Shown here piece after piece: positions 1 to 8,531 of a DNA stretch of 37,168 nt. The stretch comes from an uncultured Pseudomonadota bacterium (lineage in GTDB: Bacteria > Pseudomonadota > Alphaproteobacteria > JACZXZ01), in contig CAWJFP010000037.1 in NCBI GenBank assembly GCA_963842155.1, forward strand, positions 1-37,168. The letters are read 5' to 3'. How positions within the stretch are numbered: the stretch's first letter is position 1; each line of letters opens with the position of its first letter. The notes beneath the pieces are model-generated. The model was not told where the DNA came from. It was given only the letters and a program-made list of their open reading frames with translations, and ran no database searches. Position numbers and translations under genes: made by a program.

Positions 1-589
1 CAAGCTCGACCACGCCCTTTTTCAAGCCCTGCAGCTCATCGCCGGCGCCCGGCAGCATGAGCACCAGAAAAAAGTCGGTCATGTCGGCGACCGCGATTTC
101 CGACTGGCCGACCCCGACCGTCTCGACCAGCACCGCGTCATAGCCCGCAGCCTCGCAGAGCAGCATGGTCTCGCGGGTTTTTGCTGCCACGCCGCCGAGG
201 GTGCCGGAAGCGGGGGAGGGGCGGATGAAGGCGTTGGCGTCGTTGGCGAGATGGGCCATCCGGGTCTTGTCGGCGAGGATCGATCCGCCGGTGCGCCGCG
301 ACGAAGGATCGACCGCGAGCACCGCAACCTTGCGACCCTGTTTGGTCAGCATGATGCCCAGCGCATCGATGGTGGTCGATTTGCCGACGCCCGGCGCGCC
401 GGTGATGCCGACACGCACCGCGTTGCCGGTCGTCGGCAAGAGCGCCTGGGTCAGCGCGGCGGCGGTGCGGCGGTGATCGGCGCGCTTGCTTTCGATCAGC
501 GTAATGGCGCGCGAAAGCAGGGCACGATCGCCGGCACGAATGCCGCGCGCCAGGCGGTCCGTATCGGAAAGCGGGATGGAAGACGCCAT
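1..589 (-). CDS. meaB: Methylmalonyl-CoA mutase-associated GTPase MeaB/ArgK family (N-terminal 196 aa; gene continues past window start)
   Basis: Minus-strand translation from ATG (complement of cat 587-589) gives [97 protein letters not shown]... It carries the Walker A motif GAPGVGKST and the LAVDPSS motif diagnostic of MeaB/ArgK. There is no stop before position 1. Confidence 0.8.
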   Translation of the reverse strand, partial: MASSIPLSDTDRLARGIRAGDRALLSRAITLIESKRADHRRTAAALTQALLPTTGNAVRVGITGAPGVGKSTTIDALGIMLTKQGRKVAVLAVDPSSRRTGGSILADKTRMAHLANDANAFIRPSPASGTLGGVAAKTRETMLLCEAAGYDAVLVETVGVGQSEIAVADMTDFFLVLMLPGAGDELQGLKKGVVEL

Positions 590-798
590 GATTTGTCTTC
601 GGCGAGCATGCGCCTGCCGTCAAGCATTGCGCAGGCGCAGGTGTTTACATTTTTCCATTCTCGCCCACCCGCCCAACCGGATTTTATCGCCGAATGACCC
701 TGATGTCGTCGAATTGAAGCCGCATCGGCGGGCTGTCATCCGCATGTTACCCGCACGGGGCGCCGCGGCGCTCGTCCGTCCTCAACAGGGAGACATCG

Positions 799-1009
799 AT
801 GAACTGGGATCAAGATTCAGGTCGATTGGGTGCAATTCAAGGGCAAGGTTCGGAGCAACTGGATCAAACTCACCGACGAAGATCTTACCCGCATCGGTGG
901 CCGCCGCGACGAGCTGATCCGACGCTTGCAAGCGCGTTACGGCTTTGCCAAAGCCGAAGCCGAGCACGAGATCGAGGCGTGGATGAAGGCGCAACGGCGC
1001 GCCGCGTGA
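799..1009 (+). CDS. csbD: CsbD-like general stress protein, apparently interrupted by a +1 frameshift after codon 5
   Basis: ATG at 799 encodes MNWDQ. After one extra base (g814) the adjacent frame reads IQVDWVQFKGKVRSNWIKLTDEDLTRIGGRRDELIRRLQARYGFAKAEAEHEIEAWMKAQRRAA* (stop 1007-1009). This matches the CsbD consensus MNWDQIKGNWKQFKGKVKEQWGKLTDDDL... The ATG frame itself gives nonsense (ORF 799..1347). Confidence 0.6.
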
Positions 1010-1014
1010 GGCCA

Positions 1015-1041
1015 AGCGCCGCCGCTTATCCCGGCGGCGCT
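1015..1041. terminator. Bidirectional hairpin between the convergent csbD-like and metE-like genes
   Basis: Perfect 10-bp inverted repeat agcgccgccg / cggcggcgct with a 7-nt loop (cttatcc), directly after the csbD stop and 10 bp from the metE-like stop. Confidence 0.45.
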
Positions 1042-1050
1042 CTCACTTCC

Positions 1051-2256
1051 TCAGCGCCAAAGCGCGCGGCTCGCCAGAGCCGCGCCCTGCGCCAGCGCCT
1101 CGAGCTTGGCCCAGGCGATCATCGGGTGGACGCGGCCGCCGAGGCCGCAATCGGTCGAGGCAATGACGCGTTCGCGGCCGACGCCTTCGGCGAAGCGCAG
1201 AATGCGCTGGGCGACGAGTTCGGGGTGCTCGACCACGTTGGTGGCGTGGCTGACGACGCCGGGCAGAATGAGCTTGCCCTCGGGCAGTTTGACGTCCTGC
1301 CACACATTCCACTCGTGTTCGTGGCGGACGTTGCCGGCTTCGAATGAGTAAGCTTGGCAGTTCACCGCCAGCATTACGTCGACAATGTCCCGCATCGGGA
1401 TATCGGTCGTGTGCGGCCCGTGCCAGCTGCCCCAGCACAAGTGAAAACGGATGCGGTCTTGCGGCAGACCTCGGATGGCATGGTTGAGCGCCTCGATCCG
1501 GACCATGGTGAATTTCTGATAGCCCTCTACGGAAGGCTCGGGATTGATCATGTCCCAATTCTCGGCGATGGCGGGATCGTCGAGCTGGAGGATCAATCCG
1601 GCATCGACGATAGCCTTGTATTCCTCGCGCATGGCTTCGCCGACGGCGAACATGAATTCTTCGTCGGTCTTGTAGTAGACGTTCTTGAACCGCGCGGCGC
1701 TCGCCGGCGCGACCGATGTCATAAAGCCTTCTTCGATCCCAGATGCCTTGAGCGCGGTCTTGAAGTGCGCGATGTCGGATTTGATGGCTTCTTGCCCTTT
1801 ATAGAAGACCGGGGCGGTGCACACGGGCCAGTGTGCCATTCCGGGCCCGGTCGTTACTTCTTCTTTGTAGACCGCCATGAATCTGGTTCGGTCGCGGCGG
1901 TCGGCGAAGCCGGTGAGCACGACCTCGCCGGGGCGAGCGCGCTTCGGCGAACCTTCGTAAAGGTTGGGTCCGGCCAGGTCGAGACCGCCGAGACGATTGA
2001 AGCAGTAGCTCCACCACGCCCGGTAGTTCACCTTGTGACCCATCGACTTGCCGAATTCGCCGTCACCCGGCACCTCGATGCCGGCCTGCTTTTGCCGACG
2101 GACAACGTCGACGACGGCCGCTTGCAGCGTCTCCTGGTAGGCGCGTTCGTCGGTGGTTTCCCCGGCCTCGCGGGCGCGGTTGGCTTCAATCAGATCGTCC
2201 GGACGCGGCAGGCTCCCGGCGTGGCTCGTTAGAATATGATCGCGGCTCATTCTCAT
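1051..2256 (-). CDS. Cobalamin-independent methionine synthase II family protein (MetE C-terminal-domain-like, COG0620)
   Basis: The 401-aa ORF has HAGSLPRP near the N-terminus and conserved ...HLCWGSWHGPH..., ...CGLGG... and ...AWAKLEALAQGAALAS... motifs typical of the ~370-400 aa MetE-like family. The alternative ATG at 2250 would give MSRDH... Confidence 0.8.
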   Translation of the reverse strand: MRMSRDHILTSHAGSLPRPDDLIEANRAREAGETTDERAYQETLQAAVVDVVRRQKQAGIEVPGDGEFGKSMGHKVNYRAWWSYCFNRLGGLDLAGPNLYEGSPKRARPGEVVLTGFADRRDRTRFMAVYKEEVTTGPGMAHWPVCTAPVFYKGQEAIKSDIAHFKTALKASGIEEGFMTSVAPASAARFKNVYYKTDEEFMFAVGEAMREEYKAIVDAGLILQLDDPAIAENWDMINPEPSVEGYQKFTMVRIEALNHAIRGLPQDRIRFHLCWGSWHGPHTTDIPMRDIVDVMLAVNCQAYSFEAGNVRHEHEWNVWQDVKLPEGKLILPGVVSHATNVVEHPELVAQRILRFAEGVGRERVIASTDCGLGGRVHPMIAWAKLEALAQGAALASRALWR

Positions 2257-2426
2257 TTGCTCATCGGACGACGTACGACGGATGGCGGAGGGCGAACAAG
2301 AAATCCGTCCTCGTCGTCTGTCAGTCCATCGTCTGTCCTCTCTTCTTGGATTGAAGGGAACTTCCTTCGGATCGGCGGGCGAGCCGATCTTATCGGCGAC
2401 GTATGAGGGCGTCTAAGCCCGTGTTG

Positions 2427-3110
2427 CTATTTTTTCTGCGACTTCACATAGGCAATATACCCGCGCACGTCGGCAGCGGGTTCAGAATAGGCCTTGCCCA
2501 AGGAACTCTCCATGCCAGCCGTGTAGTTTTTGGCCCAAGACGGCAGCGGATAATCGACAGCAGCAAGAAATTCCAGGGTAGCTGCAAGCCTTATGTCGGC
2601 GATTGAGGGCGTGGCGCCGCCGATGAAGGGCTTCCCGTCCATGTAGAACTTGTGGAACACGTCGAGCGGCTCGGCGATAGCCGCAATCGCTGCCTTTTGC
2701 GCCGCCGTCTTTGCCGAGGCGTCGGCATCGCTGGCGCCCACCTCGCCTGGATATTGCGGGAAGCCGAGCGCCGGGTAAGTGGCACGCGCGACCAGAGGAT
2801 ACAGCGTGCCAATGATATAAAACATGGCGCTGTCGATGGTGGCGCGCTGCTCGGCGTTCTTCGGATAGAATTTGCTGATGTCATGCTTGTTGCACAGGTA
2901 CTGCATGATGGCACAGCTCTCCCACAGGCCACCCTTCGGCAATTCTGTTGTTTCCAGCATCGGCGTCAGGTGCGCCGGATTTTTCGCCAGGAAATCTGCT
3001 GTGCGGGTCTTGCCGTAGACATCATCTTCCGTGAAATCCAGATTGGCCGCACGCATAAAGACGCGCACAGCCATGTTGTTCACACTTGGCTTCAGCACAT
3101 TCAGTTTCAT
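2427..3110 (-). CDS. Glutathione S-transferase family protein
   Basis: The ORF 2427..3155 has an internal start MKLNVLKPSVNN... at 3110 preceded by a GGAGGG Shine-Dalgarno. The N-terminal thioredoxin-like segment (KNPAHLTPMLE, LWESCAIMQYL) and the C-terminal helical segment (ATPSIADIRLAATLEF) are GST-like. Confidence 0.75.
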   Translation of the reverse strand: MKLNVLKPSVNNMAVRVFMRAANLDFTEDDVYGKTRTADFLAKNPAHLTPMLETTELPKGGLWESCAIMQYLCNKHDISKFYPKNAEQRATIDSAMFYIIGTLYPLVARATYPALGFPQYPGEVGASDADASAKTAAQKAAIAAIAEPLDVFHKFYMDGKPFIGGATPSIADIRLAATLEFLAAVDYPLPSWAKNYTAGMESSLGKAYSEPAADVRGYIAYVKSQKK

Positions 3111-3357
3111 AGCGTCCCTCCCCTTTGTGTTTCTCATGCCATCAGCTGCGCTCAATGGCGGTTCTTCGGCGACCTATCGGTGGAGAGCATCGCAATTCCC
3201 CCCATGGGCGCCATCCGTCGCACTACTCTAGAGCATCTTTGCGGCTCGTGAAATGCGGAGTCCTGCCCACACTAGGTGGACGACCGGCGCGATGGGCAGA
3301 GACCGGCCGATCACGACGGTCAGCCCGTGGCGAGGTGCCATCGCGCCCGGGGATCCT

Positions 3358-4239
3358 TCATCGCTGCGGCTTGGCCTTTGTCACCACATCGGCGATGAAG
3401 CGTGGCAGCGCAAAGGCGGCGGCGTGGACCTCCGGCGTCCAATATTTGGTCGGAAAGCTGCCGGTCTTGCGATAACGCGCGGCAAGCGTTTTAAGCGCGG
3501 TCTGGCGCAGCCGCCGTTCGTCGGTCGCCCAGCCCATCGCCATGTGGCCACCGACATAGGTCGGAATGGCGGCGACGTAGCAGGCGCCGTCCGCGAATAG
3601 CCTCCGAAACTTTGTAATGCTTGAGAGGAGCTCGCGCGGCTGGAAGAACGGCACGCCGTTCTGCGTGACCAGCACGCCGCCCTTGTTCATGCAGCGTTTG
3701 CAGGCCGCGTAGAACTTTTGGCTGAACAGGACCTTTCCCGGCCCCTGCGGATCGGTAGAGTCGACGATGATGACGTCGAAACGCCGCTCGGTCCGGGCGG
3801 CGAATTTCATACCGTCATCGATCACGCTCTCGAAGCGCTTGTCGGCGAACACCGGCTTGGTGAATTCCGGGAAATGCTCCTTGGCGAACGCAATGACCGC
3901 AGGGTCGATCTCGACCTGGGTGAGGCGCTTGACGCTGTTGTGCTTGAGCACCTCCTCGGCGATGCCGCAGTCGCCGCCGCCGATGATCAGCACTTCGCGC
4001 GCATTGCCGTGGGCAAAAAGCGGCACGTGCGACATCATCTCCTGATAGATGAATTCGTCGCGCTTGGTGATCTGGGTTGCGCCGTCGAGCATCAGCATCT
4101 TGCCGAAGAACGGCTGCTCGAACAGCACGAGATGCTGGTGCCCGGTTTGCGTTTCATGGAGCACCTTGTCGACCCGGTAGCTCATGCGAAAGCCGAGGTC
4201 GTCGAATAGCGTCTCGGCAATCCAGCGCTGTTCGGCCAT
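3358..4239 (-). CDS. speE: Spermidine synthase (polyamine aminopropyltransferase)
   Basis: The 293-aa product aligns along its length with E. coli SpeE, including MLMLDGATQITKRDEFIYQEMMSHVPL, LIIGGGDCG and VIIVDSTDPQGPG. Confidence 0.9.
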   Translation of the reverse strand: MAEQRWIAETLFDDLGFRMSYRVDKVLHETQTGHQHLVLFEQPFFGKMLMLDGATQITKRDEFIYQEMMSHVPLFAHGNAREVLIIGGGDCGIAEEVLKHNSVKRLTQVEIDPAVIAFAKEHFPEFTKPVFADKRFESVIDDGMKFAARTERRFDVIIVDSTDPQGPGKVLFSQKFYAACKRCMNKGGVLVTQNGVPFFQPRELLSSITKFRRLFADGACYVAAIPTYVGGHMAMGWATDERRLRQTALKTLAARYRKTGSFPTKYWTPEVHAAAFALPRFIADVVTKAKPQR

Positions 4240-4322
4240 GACACCCTCTGGTGCGTGTTTGCAGAAAGAAAAACGGCCGGGATCTGGCCCGGCCGCTCAA
4301 GCCCGATAGGCGGTAGCCTCGC

Positions 4323-4808
4323 TCAGGCACCCTGTCCGCGCAAGATTTCGTTGACGCCGACGCGCTTCGCGGAAAACGCCTCGCGTAACACCGGAATGCA
4401 CTTGTCGGGATCGGCTGAGCCGCACATGAAAACATCGAGCGCGGCATAGCCCGCCTCCGGCCAAGTGTGGATGGAGATGTGGCTCTCCGCCAGCACGGCC
4501 ACGCCGGATACGCCGTTCGGCTGGAAATGATGGACGTGCATGTGCAAAAGCGTGGCGCGCGCGGCCTCGACGCAGCGGCGCAGCGTCGTCTCGATGTGCT
4601 CGATGTCGTCGAGCCGTTCCGCGCCGTGCAGATCGACGATCAGATGCACGCCGGCGCAACGCACCCCGTTGCGAACCGCGAAATGATCTGGACGGTCCTC
4701 CGCCGGCGCCGGAGCGGCCACTTTGAGTTTGGTCTTCCTGTCTTCCTTTCGGGCGGTACCTGGGATCCCCAAGCCCTTCACCGATCGCAAGAGGGCGTTT
4801 TGGCTCAT
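4323..4808 (-). CDS. speH: S-adenosylmethionine decarboxylase proenzyme, SpeH type
   Basis: Internal start MSQNALLRSVKGL at 4808 with a GGAGG Shine-Dalgarno. It has the serine auto-processing motif AESHISIHTWPE. It lies immediately upstream of speE on the same strand, the classic speH-speE operon. Confidence 0.85.
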   Translation of the reverse strand: MSQNALLRSVKGLGIPGTARKEDRKTKLKVAAPAPAEDRPDHFAVRNGVRCAGVHLIVDLHGAERLDDIEHIETTLRRCVEAARATLLHMHVHHFQPNGVSGVAVLAESHISIHTWPEAGYAALDVFMCGSADPDKCIPVLREAFSAKRVGVNEILRGQGA

Positions 4809-5126
4809 GCCGTCCTCCCCAACCAGAGATAAGAACCCGAGATGCCGGCAAGCCGGCGCCACGGAAAGCGAATGCCGCCCGATCGTGTCCACATGGACTG
4901 ATCAATAGCGGCAAAGTCCCCAAATAAATGCAAACAGCGGCGAGTCAAGTGGATTCTGCAAGGAAACATTTAAAGCTTCGTCTCGTTCCACGTCGACTGC
5001 GCGGTGAGGAGGCGGCAACGGCGCCGCGCACCACTACGCGCGCCGCGCCGGATCGCCGATCGCGCGATCGGCGGCCGCCTACGACTTCCGGCCTGCCGAT
5101 CGTGCTCCGATCGACACTTGCGATGC

Positions 5127-6098
5127 TTAGAGGTTGACGGCCACAGCCGGCGAGATCGTCGACTGCGCCGGTTTCTTTAGCCGGGTGCGGAAAAAATCGA
5201 GCACGCGGCGGGCGGTCACGGCCTGCAAACGCTCGAAGCTCAACAGCGCGTGATCGAGGTCCGTCGCCGACATGCCGCGGTCGGCGGCCCGCAGTAGCAG
5301 GATGGCCTTGGTCGTCGATGACGACAGGCCCGCCACCTTGGCGAGGATGAGAATAATCTCGGCGGTCGGATCGAGCAGCGCCCGCTCGACGAGGTCGATC
5401 GGCGTGTCGCACAGGATCGACAGCGCTAGCGCGGTTTCCTCGAATTTGCGGTCGCGCGCATAGCGATAGACCTCGGCTTCGCTGATGCGGCCAAGGCGAT
5501 CGAGGTTCTGTGCACCCGCCGGCACGGTGGAACGCGCGTGAGGGGTAGGGCTGCGCAGTCCGATCGCGGTTGCCAGGTCTTCATCGTCGGCGGCGCGCTC
5601 GACGAGCATGCGGAAGCCGGTTTCGGAAAAACGGCCGCCGGCGTTGTTGACGAGCGCACGAAGGACCTTGCGGTCGCCACGTTCGATCAGCACGTCGGTC
5701 ACGCTTTCGCTCAGCGATCGGCGCAGGGCGATGGCCAAGAGGTGTCGGTGGCTCTTGCTACCGGCGTTGGCGCGAAGGGCGGAATCTTGCAGCCGTTCCG
5801 ACTGGCCGAGAATGGGCCTCGCAACTTCGATCTCGTCATCGAACGCCAGCATGTGCGTCAGGCTCGATGGCGCGTTTGCGATCGGCGCCAGCCGCTGCGC
5901 CAGCTTGGCGCGTGCGTCGGCGCCGACGGAGCCGGCGAGCCGCACCATGACGTCATCGAATACGCCGACCTGTTCTTCGGAATAGCGCGCCGCCTCGCTG
6001 ACGAACAGCTCGGTGATGCGCGCGAGCATCTCGACGCGGCGCGCGGCATCGGAGGTCAGGGCGGCTTCGAGCTCGGCGATGAGGGGGAGGGCTTGCAT
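5127..6098 (-). CDS. Hypothetical protein, DUF2336-like (alphaproteobacterial conserved family)
   Basis: The 323-aa ORF has good codon usage and no homolog I can name with certainty. Its Ala/Leu/Arg-rich helical composition resembles DUF2336 proteins. Confidence 0.45.
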   Translation of the reverse strand: MQALPLIAELEAALTSDAARRVEMLARITELFVSEAARYSEEQVGVFDDVMVRLAGSVGADARAKLAQRLAPIANAPSSLTHMLAFDDEIEVARPILGQSERLQDSALRANAGSKSHRHLLAIALRRSLSESVTDVLIERGDRKVLRALVNNAGGRFSETGFRMLVERAADDEDLATAIGLRSPTPHARSTVPAGAQNLDRLGRISEAEVYRYARDRKFEETALALSILCDTPIDLVERALLDPTAEIILILAKVAGLSSSTTKAILLLRAADRGMSATDLDHALLSFERLQAVTARRVLDFFRTRLKKPAQSTISPAVAVNL

Positions 6099-6538
6099 GA
6101 TGCTACTGGCGCCGCCACACCATTAAGACGCCTGCAACAATGCCGCGAGAACGGTGAACAAAGCCTTGCGGCGAGCCTAAAGGGCGAGCAGCTGGCGGCT
6201 TTAAGAACTCATGGGTGAATGACGCGACATCCTGCGCAACACCGCCGCTTCGGCTTGGCGCAGCCGCGGGCTACTTTCGTGAGGCGTTCCGGGGCCTTCC
6301 GCTGTCAAAAACACCCATCCGGTTTTGCACACCGGTGCCGTAAAACCGGTCGGCGCGCTTGGCTGAGGTTCTTGTTGCACAGAATCCTACTCGCGTTCGC
6401 GGCCATCGCTCAGTTCAATCCCGCCTGAAATCTGAGTTCTTCACGGACGACTACTTGGTTTCTGTCGGGCGCAAAAAAGCCTCACGGAACAATACCAAGT
6501 AACGCTAGACGCTACTGAGCGATACGGTCGCGTTAGAA

Positions 6539-6577
6539 TTTCAAGACCGGTGCCTTAAACCACTCGGCCACCCTTCC
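6539..6577 (-). tRNA. tRNA-Ser(UGA) 5' half only, truncated in the anticodon loop (pseudo-tRNA fragment)
   Basis: The minus strand reads GGAAGGGTGGCCGAGTGGTTTAAGGCACCGGTCTTGAAA. This is essentially identical to the first 38 nt of bacterial tRNA-Ser(UGA): acceptor 5' strand, D-arm, and anticodon stem 5' strand plus loop CUUGAAA. The next bases are ttcta instead of the ACCGG needed to close the anticodon stem. No T-arm or matching acceptor 3' strand follows. Confidence 0.7.
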
Positions 6578-6770
6578 ATCGCAGCAACATCAAACACTTA
6601 GCACAGGGCAGGGGAGAACAAAAAGCGGACAATTGGCACCGCGCGAAAGCAGAGACGGCGGCGAGCCTGCCGATGTTCCGTGATGCCTACGTACGCCGCC
6701 ACTGCATAATCCTCGATCCGATAACCACGTTGGTAGCGTAAGTTTCGAGCAGCATGGAAAGGTGTGGAGC

Positions 6771-7433
6771 ATGAGAATTATAGTCATCGGCGCCACTGGC
6801 ACTATTGGGGGCGAGGTCGTGAAGGCGCTCGCTCTGAAGATGCATGATGTTGTCCGCGCGTCGCGCAACGGCGACGTGAAGGTCAATCTCGACGACCCGA
6901 CGACCATCCGTGCCATGTTCGAGAAAGTCCGCGACGTCGACGCGGTGATCTCGTGTGCCGGTAGAGCGGCCTTCAAGCCCTTCGCCGACCTGACGGACGC
7001 CGACTATGAGCTTGGACTTCGTTCCAAGCTGATGGGACAGGTCTCGCTTGCCCGCATGGCGAAGGATCACCTCCGTGACGGAGGCTCGATCACGTTGACC
7101 ACTGGGGTACTCGCGATGCATCCGATGCCGGGAAGCGCATCCGTCTCGATGGTCAACGCCGGCCTCGAGGGTTTCGTGCGCGCCGCTGCGCTCGAGATGC
7201 CGCGCAAGATCCGCATCAATGCCGTCAGCCCCCCATGGGTGAAAGAAACGATGGTGAAATTCGGCATGGACCCGACGCCGGGTCTCGCTTCGGCCACCGT
7301 CGCGAAGGCCTACGTCGCCGCAGTAGAGGGTTCACACCAAGGCAGGATCCTCGACCCAGGGTCAAGAGCTGACCACTTCCCTACCGCGGAGCGGTTTAGT
7401 GCAACATTGTTTTCCCGACCTATCGCAGGATGA
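6771..7433 (+). CDS. Short-chain dehydrogenase/reductase, NAD(P)-binding (atypical short SDR)
   Basis: MRIIVIGATGTIGGEVVKAL is a Rossmann GxxGxxG motif at the N-terminus. It is followed by DAVISCAGRAAF and LTTGVLAMHPMPGSASVSMVNAGLEGFVRAAALE. The ATG at 6762 is also possible. Confidence 0.7.
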   Translation: MRIIVIGATGTIGGEVVKALALKMHDVVRASRNGDVKVNLDDPTTIRAMFEKVRDVDAVISCAGRAAFKPFADLTDADYELGLRSKLMGQVSLARMAKDHLRDGGSITLTTGVLAMHPMPGSASVSMVNAGLEGFVRAAALEMPRKIRINAVSPPWVKETMVKFGMDPTPGLASATVAKAYVAAVEGSHQGRILDPGSRADHFPTAERFSATLFSRPIAG

Positions 7434-7634
7434 AGGAATAGTTACGCAACCAGAGACCCTCCTGAAAACGGACAATCGTTGGTGATCTCGATGCCGGTGC
7501 GCTGGCTCGGCAGACCCGCAGTGGTGTCACCGGTGTCGCCGTCGAAGAAGAGCTCGGAGTCCTGGTGCAGGTAGAAAAGACTGATCGAGCTGTCGAAACC
7601 GGCGCGGCCACGGGGGCAGCGCCTGCGTGGGTTG

Positions 7635-7960
7635 TCAATCCTCTAGCACTTTCACCACGTCAGACGTTTCCCAAAGCTTGTCCGTGACACCAGCGGCCAT
7701 CACCGGGGTGACCTTCAAGGTTTGATGGATGCGCACGAAATTGTAGTGCATGAAGTAGATCGCCATCATGTGAGCGTGGTTTGCAGTCTTCTTTGAGAAC
7801 GCATTGGTGAGGCGCGTCATGCACCGATTGCCCATCCGCATTGAAAAATTTTGGCGCTCGGCAAAGCTGGTCGAAACGTGCTTGGGGTCGGGATTGGCTT
7901 CGACGCGATGCTTTACCGCGCCGATACATTCTGCCGGACTATAGCGGCGTTGACCCTCGG
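7635..7960 (-). pseudogene. IS1-family transposase (InsB-like) C-terminal remnant; N-terminal half of the gene is missing
   Basis: The minus-strand ORF contains ...AERQNFSMRMGNRCMTRLTNAFSKKTANHAHMMAIYFMHYNFVRIHQTLKVTPVMAAGVTDKLWETSDVVKVLED*. Its TRLTNAFSKK...HYNFVRIH...TPAMAAG tail is characteristic of IS1-family transposases (compare E. coli InsB [26 protein letters not shown]). Only about 110 aa of homology is present, and no inverted repeats were recognised. Confidence 0.6.
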
Positions 7961-8400
7961 GCGCCTGTACCACGATCCGAATAAGCCTCGCATTGCGGTT
8001 GATTACTTCGCTGGGACAGCTGGGTGGATTTCGAACCACCGACCTCACAGTTATGGTCGGCCCCCGTTCCGCGGCCGGCTAGCCAATCCCGCACGCAGCC
8101 GATGCCCAAGAGCACCGTGATCACAGTCGAGAACAAAATTGGCGCGAAGAAGAAGTACACCCAAGCAATGATGCTGCCCGCCGCATGGCTTAGGAACAGG
8201 GACCACGTGACCAGCGCGAGCGCGAGCCGGTCGCGAGCAGTTCTTCCTCCCAAGTACCACGTCATGACGGCCGAGAAGATAAAGAACACGGAGACGAACC
8301 AGCCGAAGCCCCGATAGAAGCCGTACCAGGTGGCATCGGCACCCTGTGCAACGACGTGGACCGACTTCATCATCGACACGACCGAGATCACTTGCGGCAC
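7939..8400 (-). CDS. Small integral membrane protein (3 predicted TM helices); C-terminus appears replaced by read-through into inserted DNA from about position 8105 downward
   Basis: The first ~100 aa (WYGFYRGFGWFVSVFFIFSAVMTWYL... LALALVTWSLFLSHAAGSIIAWVYFFFAPILFSTVITVLLGIG) are strongly hydrophobic and protein-like. The last ~50 aa are hydrophilic and are encoded by the tRNA-like fragment and the IS1-remnant flank. Confidence 0.45.
   Translation of the reverse strand: MPQVISVVSMMKSVHVVAQGADATWYGFYRGFGWFVSVFFIFSAVMTWYLGGRTARDRLALALVTWSLFLSHAAGSIIAWVYFFFAPILFSTVITVLLGIGCVRDWLAGRGTGADHNCEVGGSKSTQLSQRSNQPQCEAYSDRGTGARGSTPL
8005..8045 (-). other. tRNA-like 3' fragment (T-arm plus acceptor 3' strand ending C-CCA)
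   Basis: The minus strand reads ggtcGGTGGttcgaaatCCACCcagctgtCCCAgcg: a 5-bp stem GGTGG/CCACC around a TTCGAAAT loop (1 nt longer than the canonical T-loop), then a 7-nt strand, a discriminator and CCA. No complementary 5' acceptor strand lies upstream, so it is not a complete tRNA. Confidence 0.3.
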
Positions 8401-8531
8401 CGAACTCCGGCGTTGCCAAGCCAGTCCGCAAGGGCGCGGCCGGGCAGCAGGTGCTGCCCCTCAGAGGTCAACATAAAGGTTGCCAATTGCGGTACCGGCA
8501 TCAGGTCCGCAATCGATTTTACCTGTCTTGC

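Noticed and set aside
6319-6577. Possibility that tRNA-Ser is intact but interrupted by a ~215-nt group I intron in the anticodon loop. A second CACCGGT-loop-ACCGG stem occurs at 6319-6339 on the minus strand.
   Set aside because: The sequence after the candidate 3' splice point has no T-arm (no GTTCGAATC-like motif) and no CCCTTCC acceptor strand to pair with GGAAGGG. So there is no 3' exon, and a truncated pseudo-tRNA explains it better.
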